A stretch of 64,000 bases of DNA, from NCBI GenBank assembly GCA_902616075.1, contig CACMRK010000003.1, positions 7,153 to 71,152 of the forward strand, given 5' to 3'. The DNA is from an uncultured Alphaproteobacteria bacterium. Lineage in GTDB: Bacteria > Pseudomonadota > Alphaproteobacteria > HIMB59 > GCA-002718135. This document shows, one piece after another, positions 19,042 through 28,161 of this stretch. Within the stretch, counting starts at the first letter, position 1; each line of letters opens with the position of its first letter. Made by a program: the position numbers and the translations under genes. The notes under the pieces were generated by a model, which made no database searches, was not told where the DNA came from, and saw only the letters and a program-made list of their open reading frames with translations.

Positions 19042-19475
19042 GTTTACGCTTTCAAAGATTACTCCTGATATTCCTTACTTTGGTTATTTTGCTAAGTGCT
19101 GTCTTACTAATTTTATATAATACTAGAGAAAATGTTTCGTATTTTTATACACCCTCTGAAATAAACAAATCTGATATGATAATAAATAAAATAATAAGGA
19201 TAGGTGGTTTTGTGGAAAATGATAGCTTCAAAAAGATTTCTTCAAGTTCATTTAAATTTAGAATTACAGATGAAAAAGCATCAATACTTGTTACTTTTAA
19301 TGGAATTCTTCCTGATTTATTTAGAGAAGGGCAAGGTGCGGTTATAGAAGGTACTTTTGATAATAATGTTTTTAATGCAACCAATGTTTTTGCAAAACAT
19401 GATGAAAACTATATGCCTGCTTCAATAAAAGAAGGTCTAAGAGATACAGGCTATTGGAATAAAAAATATAAATGA
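19038..19475 (+). CDS. ccmE: cytochrome c-type biogenesis heme chaperone CcmE
   Basis: N-terminal anchor, an OB-fold region RIGGFVE and a heme-binding FAKHDENYMP motif. Confidence 0.9.
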   Translation: MSLRFQRLLLIFLTLVILLSAVLLILYNTRENVSYFYTPSEINKSDMIINKIIRIGGFVENDSFKKISSSSFKFRITDEKASILVTFNGILPDLFREGQGAVIEGTFDNNVFNATNVFAKHDENYMPASIKEGLRDTGYWNKKYK

Positions 19476-21334
19476 GTTCATTAGTTGGTTTTTTAAGCTT
19501 AGTTTTTGCAATAGGTATTAATTTTTACTTATTTTTATCTGGATACATATTTAAATTTCAAATACAGAAATTTAATTTATTGATCCGTTTTTCGTCATTA
19601 TTAACTTTATTATCCTTTTTTTCTTTGATGTATGCCTATTTAGTATCTGATTTCTCAAATTATAATGTCTTTCAAAACTCACACTCAAATAAACCATTAA
19701 TATATAAAATTTCAGGTACTTGGGGAAATCATGAAGGTTCGATGCTTTTGTGGTTAAGTATATTATCTATTTTTAGTTTCTTTTTTTCTTTTACAAAAAA
19801 TATAGACGAAAACTTTCAAAGATTAACATTAATTATCCAATCTTTACTTCATATTTTATTTGGTCTCTTTATCGTTTTTACATCTAATCCATTTCTAGTT
19901 AATTCAATTTTAGTAAATGAAGGTTTGGGTTTAAATCCAATTTTACAAGATCCAGGTTTAGCTGTTCATCCTCCTATTTTGTATGCAGGTTATGTTGGTT
20001 ACTCTATAGTTTTCAGTATTGCGATAGCTGGTTTATTTCAAGATACAGATGTTGAATGGCTATATGTTGCAAAAAAATGGTCATTAATTAGCTGGACTTT
20101 TTTAACCGGTGGAATAGCTCTGGGTTCGTATTGGGCATATTATGAACTTGGTTGGGGTGGTTGGTGGTTTTGGGATCCGGTCGAAAATATCTCACTTATG
20201 CCATGGATTGCTGGACTTGCATTAGTTCATTCTCTTATGATGGTAAGAGGTGAACAAGCTATTAAAAAGTGGATAATTTTTTTATCAATTTTATGTTTTT
20301 CATTAAGTGTTTTTGGAACATTTTTGGTAAGATCTGGAATCTTAACAAGTGTACATTCATTTGCAGCAGATGCATCTAGAGGCATATTCATATTACTAAT
20401 TTTTTTTATCGTAACTGGATTTGGTTTTTTAATTTTCTTGTTAAAAGAACCTCAAAAATCAAACGCTTTAAACTTGTTATTTATCAATAAGGTTTCAGCA
20501 CTTGTAATAAATAATATTTTAATGATTATAGCAACCTTAACTATTCTTTTAGGAACTATATACCCAATTATAATTGAAGTTTTATATAATAAAAGAATAT
20601 CAGTTGGAGGCCCTTATTTTAATTCAACAGTAATTCCTATAATGATTCCTGGTTTTTTATTAATGAGCATTGCTCCAATTTTATCCTGGCAAACAAATAA
20701 AATACAAAATTCAAAAAAATATGTACTAGGTTTTATTGTCTTAAGTATTTTAGTTTTAATTCATTCATATTTTTTAGATTATAATACATGGGGCTTTGTT
20801 GGACTACTTCTAGGTTTTTGGATAATATTAGCCTCAATTATTGCAATCTTTTCTACGTACAAATTTAAATTTACTATTAAGTTTTTCCAAATAATTAATC
20901 CTCATATAGCGCATATTGGGGTAGGTATTGCTATAGTTGGTATTACTTGTTCTAGTGTTTTTCAAAATGAGCTAGATTTTAATCTTAATGAGGGAGATGA
21001 GTTTAATGTAAATGGAAAAACAGTTTTGTTTGAAAAAATAGAAACAACTAATCAAATTAATTTCCAAGCTTTAAGGGGAAAATTTCTTTTTGATATTGAA
21101 AAAAATCAATCAAAAAAAATAGAGGCTGGAAAAAATTATTATCCTGTTTCAAAGATGATTACATCTGAAGCTGGTATTTTACATCAGTGGAATAAGGATA
21201 TATATTTTATCCTTGGTGATCAAAAAAATAATGAGTGGTTTGTAAAAGTTTTAATTAATCCATTTGTTAGCTTTATATGGCTTGGAGTGATAATAATGAT
21301 GTATTCAGGTTTAATAGCAGTTTCAAGAAGATGA
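19472..21334 (+). CDS. ccmF: cytochrome c heme lyase subunit CcmF
   Basis: 620-aa polytopic protein with the WWD motif WAYYELGWGGWWFWDPVEN. Confidence 0.9.
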   Translation: MSSLVGFLSLVFAIGINFYLFLSGYIFKFQIQKFNLLIRFSSLLTLLSFFSLMYAYLVSDFSNYNVFQNSHSNKPLIYKISGTWGNHEGSMLLWLSILSIFSFFFSFTKNIDENFQRLTLIIQSLLHILFGLFIVFTSNPFLVNSILVNEGLGLNPILQDPGLAVHPPILYAGYVGYSIVFSIAIAGLFQDTDVEWLYVAKKWSLISWTFLTGGIALGSYWAYYELGWGGWWFWDPVENISLMPWIAGLALVHSLMMVRGEQAIKKWIIFLSILCFSLSVFGTFLVRSGILTSVHSFAADASRGIFILLIFFIVTGFGFLIFLLKEPQKSNALNLLFINKVSALVINNILMIIATLTILLGTIYPIIIEVLYNKRISVGGPYFNSTVIPIMIPGFLLMSIAPILSWQTNKIQNSKKYVLGFIVLSILVLIHSYFLDYNTWGFVGLLLGFWIILASIIAIFSTYKFKFTIKFFQIINPHIAHIGVGIAIVGITCSSVFQNELDFNLNEGDEFNVNGKTVLFEKIETTNQINFQALRGKFLFDIEKNQSKKIEAGKNYYPVSKMITSEAGILHQWNKDIYFILGDQKNNEWFVKVLINPFVSFIWLGVIIMMYSGLIAVSRR

Positions 21335-21855
21335 GTAGAATATTTATTTTAACACCATTAATAGTACTTTTAATAATATGTATTTTTTCATTAGCTTACT
21401 TATTAAGTGGTAAAGATCCAAATAAACCTCCAAGTGCACTTTTAAATAAAGATGTTCCTATTTTTGAGAGTAGTTCTCTGTATAATTCAAAGAATGTAAT
21501 CAAAACAAAAGATATAAAAAATAAGAAGACCTTAATTAATTTTTTTGCTTCTTGGTGTAGTCCTTGTAAAATAGAGCATCCACTTTTTTTTGAAATACGT
21601 AAAAAACATCCTGAACTATATTTATTGGGATTTAACCACAAAGATCCAACTTCAGATGCAAAAAAGTATTTAGAAGATGATGGAAATCCATATCATTTTG
21701 TTGGTGTGGACTCTGATGGATTAATTGCTTTAGAGTTTGGTGTTTTTGGTCTGCCAGAAACATATTTACTCAATGAGGATGGTGTAATTATCTATAAATA
21801 TATGGGTCCTATAACTAAGGATATTTTAAAAAATGAAATCGAGCCACTTCTTTAA
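21331..21855 (+). CDS. ccmG: thiol:disulfide oxidoreductase CcmG/DsbE
   Basis: Membrane anchor plus a thioredoxin fold with WCSPC and GVFGLPETY. ATG 21331 overlaps the ccmF stop in ATGA, so the upstream ORF-track extension from 21277 is unlikely. Confidence 0.85.
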   Translation: MSRIFILTPLIVLLIICIFSLAYLLSGKDPNKPPSALLNKDVPIFESSSLYNSKNVIKTKDIKNKKTLINFFASWCSPCKIEHPLFFEIRKKHPELYLLGFNHKDPTSDAKKYLEDDGNPYHFVGVDSDGLIALEFGVFGLPETYLLNEDGVIIYKYMGPITKDILKNEIEPLL

Positions 21856-22219
21856 AATTTTAAATATAGCAGTTTTAAGTTTCATATTTTTTACTTTCAA
21901 AATATATGCAATTGAAAGTATCGATGAAAGAGTAAAAAATTTAACCTTAGAGTTACGTTGTATGACTTGTCAAAACCAAAGTATATATGACTCAGATGCT
22001 GAATTCTCAAATGATATCAAAAAAATAGTTAAACAAAAATTACAGGAAGGTGAAAGTGAGAGAGATATTAAGAAATTTTTAGTTGAAAGATATGGTGAAT
22101 ACATTCTTTTTAGACCATTAATGAATAATTATAATGTCTTTCTTTGGATTTTTCCTTTTATATTACTGATATTTGGCGTGTTTTTTGTTTTAATTAAGAC
22201 TAAAAGAAAGAAGGTTTGA
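21833..22219 (+). CDS. ccmH: cytochrome c-type biogenesis protein CcmH
   Basis: Signal peptide, the LRCMTCQNQSIYDSDA motif (CxxC) and a C-terminal TM helix. Confidence 0.85.
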   Translation: MKSSHFFKILNIAVLSFIFFTFKIYAIESIDERVKNLTLELRCMTCQNQSIYDSDAEFSNDIKKIVKQKLQEGESERDIKKFLVERYGEYILFRPLMNNYNVFLWIFPFILLIFGVFFVLIKTKRKKV

Positions 22220-22295
22220 ACAATTTATTTTGTTTTTTTTTATTTAGCTTATATGGTTCAGCTATAATTTAGAATTACTTCTTCAAGGAGGAAAT

Positions 22296-23129
22296 GTGAA
22301 AAAAATTTTAATATATTTATTATCAATTGGTATTTTTGGGGTTGCTTCAATTGCAAATTCACAAACAATAAGAATTGGTACAGAAGGAGCTTATCCACCA
22401 TGGAATAATCTAAACTCAGCTGGTGATCTAGAGGGTGCGGAGATAGACTTTGGTAACGAAGCTTGCAAAAGAATGGGTGTTACTTGTGAATGGGTAACTC
22501 AAGATTGGGATGGTATAATACCTGCTCTTCTTCAAGGTAAATATGACATTATTATTGCTGGAATGTCTATAACTGAAGAAAGAAAACAAAAAGTTAATTT
22601 TACGACTGGGTATATGACTGATGGAGCAAGATTTGCTGTTTTAAAAAATAGTGGTTTAGCAAATTTAAATATTGCTGGTATGGCTAAAGTTAATCTTAAT
22701 AATGCAGGTGGAAAAGAACAAGCTGCAATAGGTCAACTAATTGCTGCCATGGACGGTAAAACTGTATGTGTGCAATCTTCAACAATTCATCAGAATTTTT
22801 TAGAAAAACACATGTCTGGTGCAGTAGATGTAAAACTGTATCAAGCAGTTGATGATCATAATTTAGATTTAGCCGCTGGAAGATGTGACGCAGTTCTAGC
22901 TGATGTAGGATCAATTATTGATTTTATGGAATCTGATGGCGGTGTTGATGTTGCATTTACAGGTCCAACATTTTCTGGCGGAGTCTTCGGTGATGGCGTT
23001 GGTGGAGCTGTTAGAAAAGAAGATACGGATATCTTAGAGATGTGGAATGCTGCAATTGCAGAAATGTCTAAAGATGGAACTACTGCTGAAATAACTAAAG
23101 AGTGGTTTGGTAGAGATATTTCGATGTAA
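22296..23129 (+). CDS. periplasmic amino-acid/opine-type ABC transporter substrate-binding protein (SBP family 3)
   Basis: GTG start 4 nt after AAGGAGG (22285-22291). Signal peptide, then TIRIGTEGAYPPWN and WDGIIPALLQGKYDIIIAGMSIT, typical of His/Lys/Arg/opine-binding proteins. No permease or ATPase gene is adjacent. Confidence 0.85.
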   Translation: MKKILIYLLSIGIFGVASIANSQTIRIGTEGAYPPWNNLNSAGDLEGAEIDFGNEACKRMGVTCEWVTQDWDGIIPALLQGKYDIIIAGMSITEERKQKVNFTTGYMTDGARFAVLKNSGLANLNIAGMAKVNLNNAGGKEQAAIGQLIAAMDGKTVCVQSSTIHQNFLEKHMSGAVDVKLYQAVDDHNLDLAAGRCDAVLADVGSIIDFMESDGGVDVAFTGPTFSGGVFGDGVGGAVRKEDTDILEMWNAAIAEMSKDGTTAEITKEWFGRDISM

Positions 23130-23148
23130 AGCAAATTTTATTTTAATA

Positions 23149-23178
23149 AAAAGCGGTCCTAGAGACCGCTTTTTTTTT
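23149..23178 (+). terminator. rho-independent terminator
   Basis: GCGGTC-CTAGA-GACCGC stem-loop (23153-23169) followed by a T9 run (23170-23178). Confidence 0.75.
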
Positions 23179-23228
23179 GATTAAATTAAAACCATAATGC
23201 ATAGTGAATATGAAATAAAAATTTTATA

Positions 23229-23510
23229 ATGAACTCACTTTTGTATTTAATTATTCAAATTATAAACTTATTCCAATTTATTCTTATAGTTTATATAATT
23301 CTGACATGGCTAGTAAACTTTAATATAATTAATACGGGTAATCGATTTATTTATAGCATTCTTGATGCTTTATATCGATTATGTGAACCAAGTTTAAATT
23401 TTGTAAGAAGATACATACCTACTTTTGGTGCAATAGATTTATCTCCTATAGTTGTTTATCTAGGCTTGTGGTTTATAAAAAGTTTATTAATTGAGTATTG
23501 GCCTAGATAG
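23229..23510 (+). CDS. YggT-family membrane protein
   Basis: 93 aa with two hydrophobic segments. CEPSLNFVRRYIPTFGAIDLSPIV matches the YggT core pattern. Confidence 0.7.
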   Translation: MNSLLYLIIQIINLFQFILIVYIILTWLVNFNIINTGNRFIYSILDALYRLCEPSLNFVRRYIPTFGAIDLSPIVVYLGLWFIKSLLIEYWPR

Positions 23511-23512
23511 CT

Positions 23513-24391
23513 ATGTCTCAAATTTTAGATGGAAAAAAAGTTGCACAAAAACTGAAAGATGAGCTTAAAATTGAAATTGAAAATATCAAATCAAAATTTA
23601 ATCGTGTTCCTGGGTTGGCTGTAGTTCAAGTAGGCAATGTTGCTGCAAGTAGTGTCTATGTTAAAGCTAAAACAAAGGCTGCAAAAGAGGTGGGAATTAA
23701 TGTTTTTGATTATCATTTAGAGGAAACATCAAATCAGAATGATTTAATCAATTTAATTAATCAACTAAATAGTAATGGAGATGTTGATGGTATTCTTGTT
23801 CAACTACCTTTGCCAAAAACAATAAACGAGGAAAGTGTGTTAAATAGTATAACTCCAGAAAAAGATGCTGATGGTTTTCATCCTTTAAATGTTGGCAAAC
23901 TTTCAATAAGTCAAAAGAATGATGAAAATTTAATGATACCTTGTACTCCTTATGGCTGTCTACTACTTCTAAGAGAGCTTGATATAAAGTTAGCTGGTAA
24001 AAATGCAGTTGTGATTGGAAGATCTAATATAGTTGGAAAACCTATGGCTCAATTGCTATTAAAAGAATCTTGTACTGTAACAACAGTACATTCAAAAACT
24101 CTAGACATTGAAAATATTTGCAAAAAAGCAGATATTCTAATTGCTGCAATTGGAAAACCTGAATTTGTAAATAAAGATTGGGTAAAAGATGGAGCAATTA
24201 TTATTGATGTTGGTATAAATAGAGTCAAAATAGATGAAAAAAAATCAAAGCTAGTTGGAGATGTTTTATTTAGAGATGTAGAAAATATGGTTAGTGCAAT
24301 ATCTCCGGTACCTGGAGGCGTGGGACCAATGACAATTGCTTGCCTTCTAAGAAATACAACTATTTCATGCAAAAATAGATTAATTAATTAA
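23513..24391 (+). CDS. folD: bifunctional methylenetetrahydrofolate dehydrogenase/cyclohydrolase
   Basis: ILDGK start, VQVG, GILVQLPLP, DADGFHP, VVIGRSNIVGKP and PVPGGVGPMT motifs. Confidence 0.95.
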   Translation: MSQILDGKKVAQKLKDELKIEIENIKSKFNRVPGLAVVQVGNVAASSVYVKAKTKAAKEVGINVFDYHLEETSNQNDLINLINQLNSNGDVDGILVQLPLPKTINEESVLNSITPEKDADGFHPLNVGKLSISQKNDENLMIPCTPYGCLLLLRELDIKLAGKNAVVIGRSNIVGKPMAQLLLKESCTVTTVHSKTLDIENICKKADILIAAIGKPEFVNKDWVKDGAIIIDVGINRVKIDEKKSKLVGDVLFRDVENMVSAISPVPGGVGPMTIACLLRNTTISCKNRLIN

Positions 24392-25237
24392 CTAACTAAC
24401 TTTACTAATATATTTCAAAAATACTTCTACTGTGATCGCTTTTCTAGCTTCCTCACAATGACTACACAATTTTTTATACTCTCCACAAGGAGATAAATTA
24501 TGTTCATAATATATATTCTCATGGAAATCGTAACCAATTGCTTCTGGGGTTATCCAGCCTCCAAAATATAAAACTGCTTTTTTATTCAAGGCTGCTGCAA
24601 CATGTCCAAATCCTCCTTCAGGTCCAACATAAAAATCTGCTTCATTTAAAACAGCACATGCTAGACGAAAATCCATATTGTTTGGAGAAAAGACTGATGA
24701 GTTTTTTTTACTTTCCTTATGAACTGATTGAATCACTAAAAAATCTTTTGTTAATACATTTATTAATCTTTGCCAATTATTTGCTCCCCAATCTTTATTT
24801 TGATGCTTTATACTAAATTGCCGATCATGAATTTTTGTAGATGTGGTTTCTAAAAAAATAATTTTTTTATAATTTTTGTTATTTGTTCTTTTCCAAAATT
24901 TTACTGCTTGAGAAATTATTTTCTTTGCATCATTTTTTTCATTTTTTGTAAAATAAATTTCTCCAGGATTAGGTGTAAACTTTTTCCAAACATAATTTGT
25001 GTTAGAGCTTTTTTCATAATCAATATATGGTCTATTGTGAGGATGATAATCAATTATGTGTGTAGGTTTATCTTTCTGAAGATTTCTACAATCAGATATA
25101 TTTGGGTTATTATCGTATACTATTGAATGATAAGCTTTTTTGTTTTTAGCTTCACCAATTATAATTTGTCTATCTGGAAATTTTTTTTTAATTTTTGATG
25201 CTAAGTTTGTTACCAGTAAATCGTCTCCGTAACCCAT
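24392..25237 (-). CDS. glycosyltransferase family 9-like protein (short form)
   Basis: N-terminal GYGDDLLVTNL...FPD and C-terminal ADFYVGPEGGFGHVAAALNKKAV resemble the GT9 (heptosyltransferase-type) GxGD and D(S/T)G..H.A motifs. Confidence 0.5.
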   Translation of the reverse strand: MGYGDDLLVTNLASKIKKKFPDRQIIIGEAKNKKAYHSIVYDNNPNISDCRNLQKDKPTHIIDYHPHNRPYIDYEKSSNTNYVWKKFTPNPGEIYFTKNEKNDAKKIISQAVKFWKRTNNKNYKKIIFLETTSTKIHDRQFSIKHQNKDWGANNWQRLINVLTKDFLVIQSVHKESKKNSSVFSPNNMDFRLACAVLNEADFYVGPEGGFGHVAAALNKKAVLYFGGWITPEAIGYDFHENIYYEHNLSPCGEYKKLCSHCEEARKAITVEVFLKYISKVS

Positions 25238-25240
25238 TTG

Positions 25241-26431
25241 CTAACTATTGTTTTTTTTAAGTCTAACTGAATTTATTTTTATAAATCCCTCCGCATCTTT
25301 CTGATTATAATCTCCAACTTCATCGAATGAAACAAGAGAGTTATCATACAAACTATTATCAGATTTTCTTCCTAAAATAATTACATTTCCTTTAAATACC
25401 TTAACTTTAACTTCCCCATTTACATTTTTTTGAGTAGAGTCAATCAGATTTTGCATTGCTATTCTTTCTGAAGAAAACCAGAAACCATTATAAATTGTTT
25501 CAGCATATTTAGGCATTATCTCATCTTTAAGATGCGCTTCTCCTTTGTCTAATGTTATACTCTCAATTGCTTTTCTTGCATTAATTAATATTGTTCCCCC
25601 AGGAGTTTCATAAATTCCTCTTGATTTCATTCCAACAAATCTATTTTCTACAAGATCCACTCTACCGACACCATGTATGCCAGCAATAGAATTTAATTTT
25701 GCTAAAAGCTCATGTGGTTTTAAATTTTCTTTATTTATTGAAATTGGATCACCATTTTTAAATTCAATTATTAATTCTTCTGCTTTATCAGGAGAATCTT
25801 CAATACTATTAGTTCTTGAAAAAACATACTCAGGTGGCTCAATCCAAGGATCTTCAAGAAGCTTGCCTTCTGAAGAAGTATGTAAAATATTTGAATCAGT
25901 ACTAAAAGGAGGTTCTCCCATTTTGTCTTTTGGTACCATTATCTGATTTTTTTCAGCATAATCGATTAAATCATTTCTGCTTTCAAAATCCCAATCTCGC
26001 CAAGGTGATATAACTTTAATTTTGGGATTGTTAGCATAATAAGCTAATTCAAATCTAACTTGATCGTTGCCTTTTCCAGTTGCTCCGTGTGCCACAGTAT
26101 CAGCTCCAACTATTTTTGCAATTTCAATTTGTCTTTTTGCTATCAAAGGTCTTGCTATTGCTGTACCTAATAAATAAGTTCCTTCGTAAAGTGTATTAGC
26201 TCTGAACATTGGAAAAACATAATCTCGTACAAATACTTCTTGTAAATTTTCTATAAATATTTCTTTAACACCTAGGCTTTTTGCTTTTGTTTCAACTGGT
26301 GAAAGTTCTTCTCCTTGACCAATATCTGCTGTGAAAGTAACTACAGGGCACTCATATTTATTTTGGAGCCACTTGAGAATTACACTTGTATCTAATCCAC
26401 CTGAATAAGCTAAAACAATTTTCTTTGGCAT
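25241..26431 (-). CDS. argG: argininosuccinate synthase
   Basis: [14 protein letters not shown]-loop, [15 protein letters not shown] and [17 protein letters not shown]. Confidence 0.95.
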   Translation of the reverse strand: MPKKIVLAYSGGLDTSVILKWLQNKYECPVVTFTADIGQGEELSPVETKAKSLGVKEIFIENLQEVFVRDYVFPMFRANTLYEGTYLLGTAIARPLIAKRQIEIAKIVGADTVAHGATGKGNDQVRFELAYYANNPKIKVISPWRDWDFESRNDLIDYAEKNQIMVPKDKMGEPPFSTDSNILHTSSEGKLLEDPWIEPPEYVFSRTNSIEDSPDKAEELIIEFKNGDPISINKENLKPHELLAKLNSIAGIHGVGRVDLVENRFVGMKSRGIYETPGGTILINARKAIESITLDKGEAHLKDEIMPKYAETIYNGFWFSSERIAMQNLIDSTQKNVNGEVKVKVFKGNVIILGRKSDNSLYDNSLVSFDEVGDYNQKDAEGFIKINSVRLKKNNS

Positions 26432-26905
26432 TTAACAATCGTTTATTAACTTATTATAGGCTGCAGTAAATCCATTAAGAGTATAAGTATCATTGGTAAT
26501 AGTGCCTCTTGAAGATTCACCTGTAACCTTAAGCTCTAGTCCTTTTTTCATAGCAAAAATTACTTTTGCATCTTCTTCTGTCCATGCAGCAGTTGCCAAA
26601 TCTTCAGTTGTATAAAATTTGTACTCTCCCTTATCTATACTTATAATAATATCAGAAGGAACCTTGTAGCTATAACCAGCCTCTATTTGAACTACAGTGT
26701 CTGGATTGCCAATATTTTTATAGACTAAAACGTAGAAGTCTCCTCTTTTCTTATCACTTGGTAAATCTGTTTCTTTTGCCAAACTACCTATATAACAATA
26801 CTCATCAGCTTTCTCAAAGGACCACTTACCTACTTCTAAAGCTTTTAGAGTGCTAGGTAGTGCTACATATAGCACTAGTAAAAACATAAGAATAATTTTC
26901 ATCAA
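26432..26905 (-). CDS. secreted hypothetical protein (possibly IalB-like)
   Basis: Signal peptide MMKIILMFLLVLYVALPSTLKA. The overall pattern, ending in TLNGFTAAYNKL, is reminiscent of the alphaproteobacterial invasion-associated-locus-B family. This is weak evidence. Confidence 0.35.
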   Translation of the reverse strand: MMKIILMFLLVLYVALPSTLKALEVGKWSFEKADEYCYIGSLAKETDLPSDKKRGDFYVLVYKNIGNPDTVVQIEAGYSYKVPSDIIISIDKGEYKFYTTEDLATAAWTEEDAKVIFAMKKGLELKVTGESSRGTITNDTYTLNGFTAAYNKLINDC

Positions 26906-26974
26906 TAGCTTCTTTTAGTATATCTTATGCAATTAGTTAAGAGTGTTTAATCAATGTTAGAGTCTTTTTAAATT

Positions 26975-27511
26975 ATGGAAAAATCAAACCTAAACAACTT
27001 GATGAAAAGGATTCAAAGAGACCGCGACGAAATGGCTTTTTCCGAAATTTTTGATTTTTTTGCCCCTAAAATAAATGCTTATTTTATTCAAAATAGAATA
27101 AAAATTGAGACTTCTGAGGAATTAACTCAGGAGGTTTTAAGTACTATTTGGATAAAATCAAACCTCTATGATTCAAAAAAATCGGTTCTCTCTACATGGG
27201 TATTTACTATTGCTAGAAACAAAAAAATAGACTTTTTCAGGAAAAATTCAAAAATAAATTTTAAAGAAGAAGATATACGAGAATTTTTATACCAAGATAG
27301 AGAAATAAACCTCATTGAAGAAAATGAAGCAAAGAAACAAATAGATAGAATAAATAAACAGCTCGATGAACAGCAAAAAATAATGATAAAAATGAACTTT
27401 TTTGAAAATAAAAGTCATAAAAAAATTGCAGATGAGCTTGAAATTCCTTTAGGTACAGTTAAATCAAGAATAAGGCATATATTAATGAAAATGCAGGAAA
27501 TTTTAGAATGA
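26975..27511 (+). CDS. ECF (group IV) RNA polymerase sigma factor, RpoE/ChrR-partner type
   Basis: Region 2 (WVFTIARNKKIDFFRK) and region 4 (HKKIADELEIPLGTVKSRIRH) are present. The stop overlaps the downstream anti-sigma start in ATGA. Confidence 0.85.
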   Translation: MEKSNLNNLMKRIQRDRDEMAFSEIFDFFAPKINAYFIQNRIKIETSEELTQEVLSTIWIKSNLYDSKKSVLSTWVFTIARNKKIDFFRKNSKINFKEEDIREFLYQDREINLIEENEAKKQIDRINKQLDEQQKIMIKMNFFENKSHKKIADELEIPLGTVKSRIRHILMKMQEILE

Positions 27512-28137
27512 ACGGAACAGCAGTAAAAAATCAATTGATATTTGACTTTGCATCAGGAATATTGGGTCCAGCAAAGTCTCTATTTGCATCAACATATTTA
27601 CAATTAAATTCAAATGCCTCTAGAATTAGCAGTACATTTGAGAAAATGATGGGTGAAAATCTTATGGATAATGAAAACATTCATCCTAAAAATTTAAAGT
27701 ATACTGACTGCATGAATATTGAAAATGGTAGATCTACTTCAAGCATTAAAGATCCAGTAACTTGCTTATTTGGAAATCTAAACAATTTGAACTGGAAACA
27801 AGTTTATAAAGGTTTCAAAGAGTATACCGCATCAATTGATGATAAAGATGAACTGAAATTAATAAAGATGGACCCTGGAGTTTCGGTGCCACTTCACTCC
27901 CATGGTGGAAAAGAGTATATACTGGTTTTAGAAGGTAGTTTCCGCGATGAACATGGCTATTACTCTAAAGGAGATATTCAGATAAATGACCAAAAAGTCA
28001 AACATACGCCAATAGCATCAAAAGACACAGGTTGTGTTTGCTTAAGTATTACCGAGAAAGACGTGATATTTTTTGGTAAGTATGGATCTTTCTTAAATTT
28101 ATTTACATTTATTAAATCTTTTTTTAAACAAATATAA
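27508..28137 (+). CDS. ChrR-like anti-sigma factor with C-terminal cupin domain
   Basis: The N-terminal 50 aa align with the ChrR anti-sigma domain as I recall it from Rhodobacter. The C-terminal cupin carries HSHGGKEYILVLEG...KHTP. Confidence 0.7.
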   Translation: MNGTAVKNQLIFDFASGILGPAKSLFASTYLQLNSNASRISSTFEKMMGENLMDNENIHPKNLKYTDCMNIENGRSTSSIKDPVTCLFGNLNNLNWKQVYKGFKEYTASIDDKDELKLIKMDPGVSVPLHSHGGKEYILVLEGSFRDEHGYYSKGDIQINDQKVKHTPIASKDTGCVCLSITEKDVIFFGKYGSFLNLFTFIKSFFKQI

Positions 28138-28161
28138 ACTCGTTATTGTATAACTCAATAC

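Noticed and set aside
22696-23134. Antisense ORFs 22696-22914 and 22856-23134 inside the substrate-binding protein gene
   Set aside because: These are shadow frames of a well-supported, less AT-rich coding sequence. The products are low in complexity and have no start signals.
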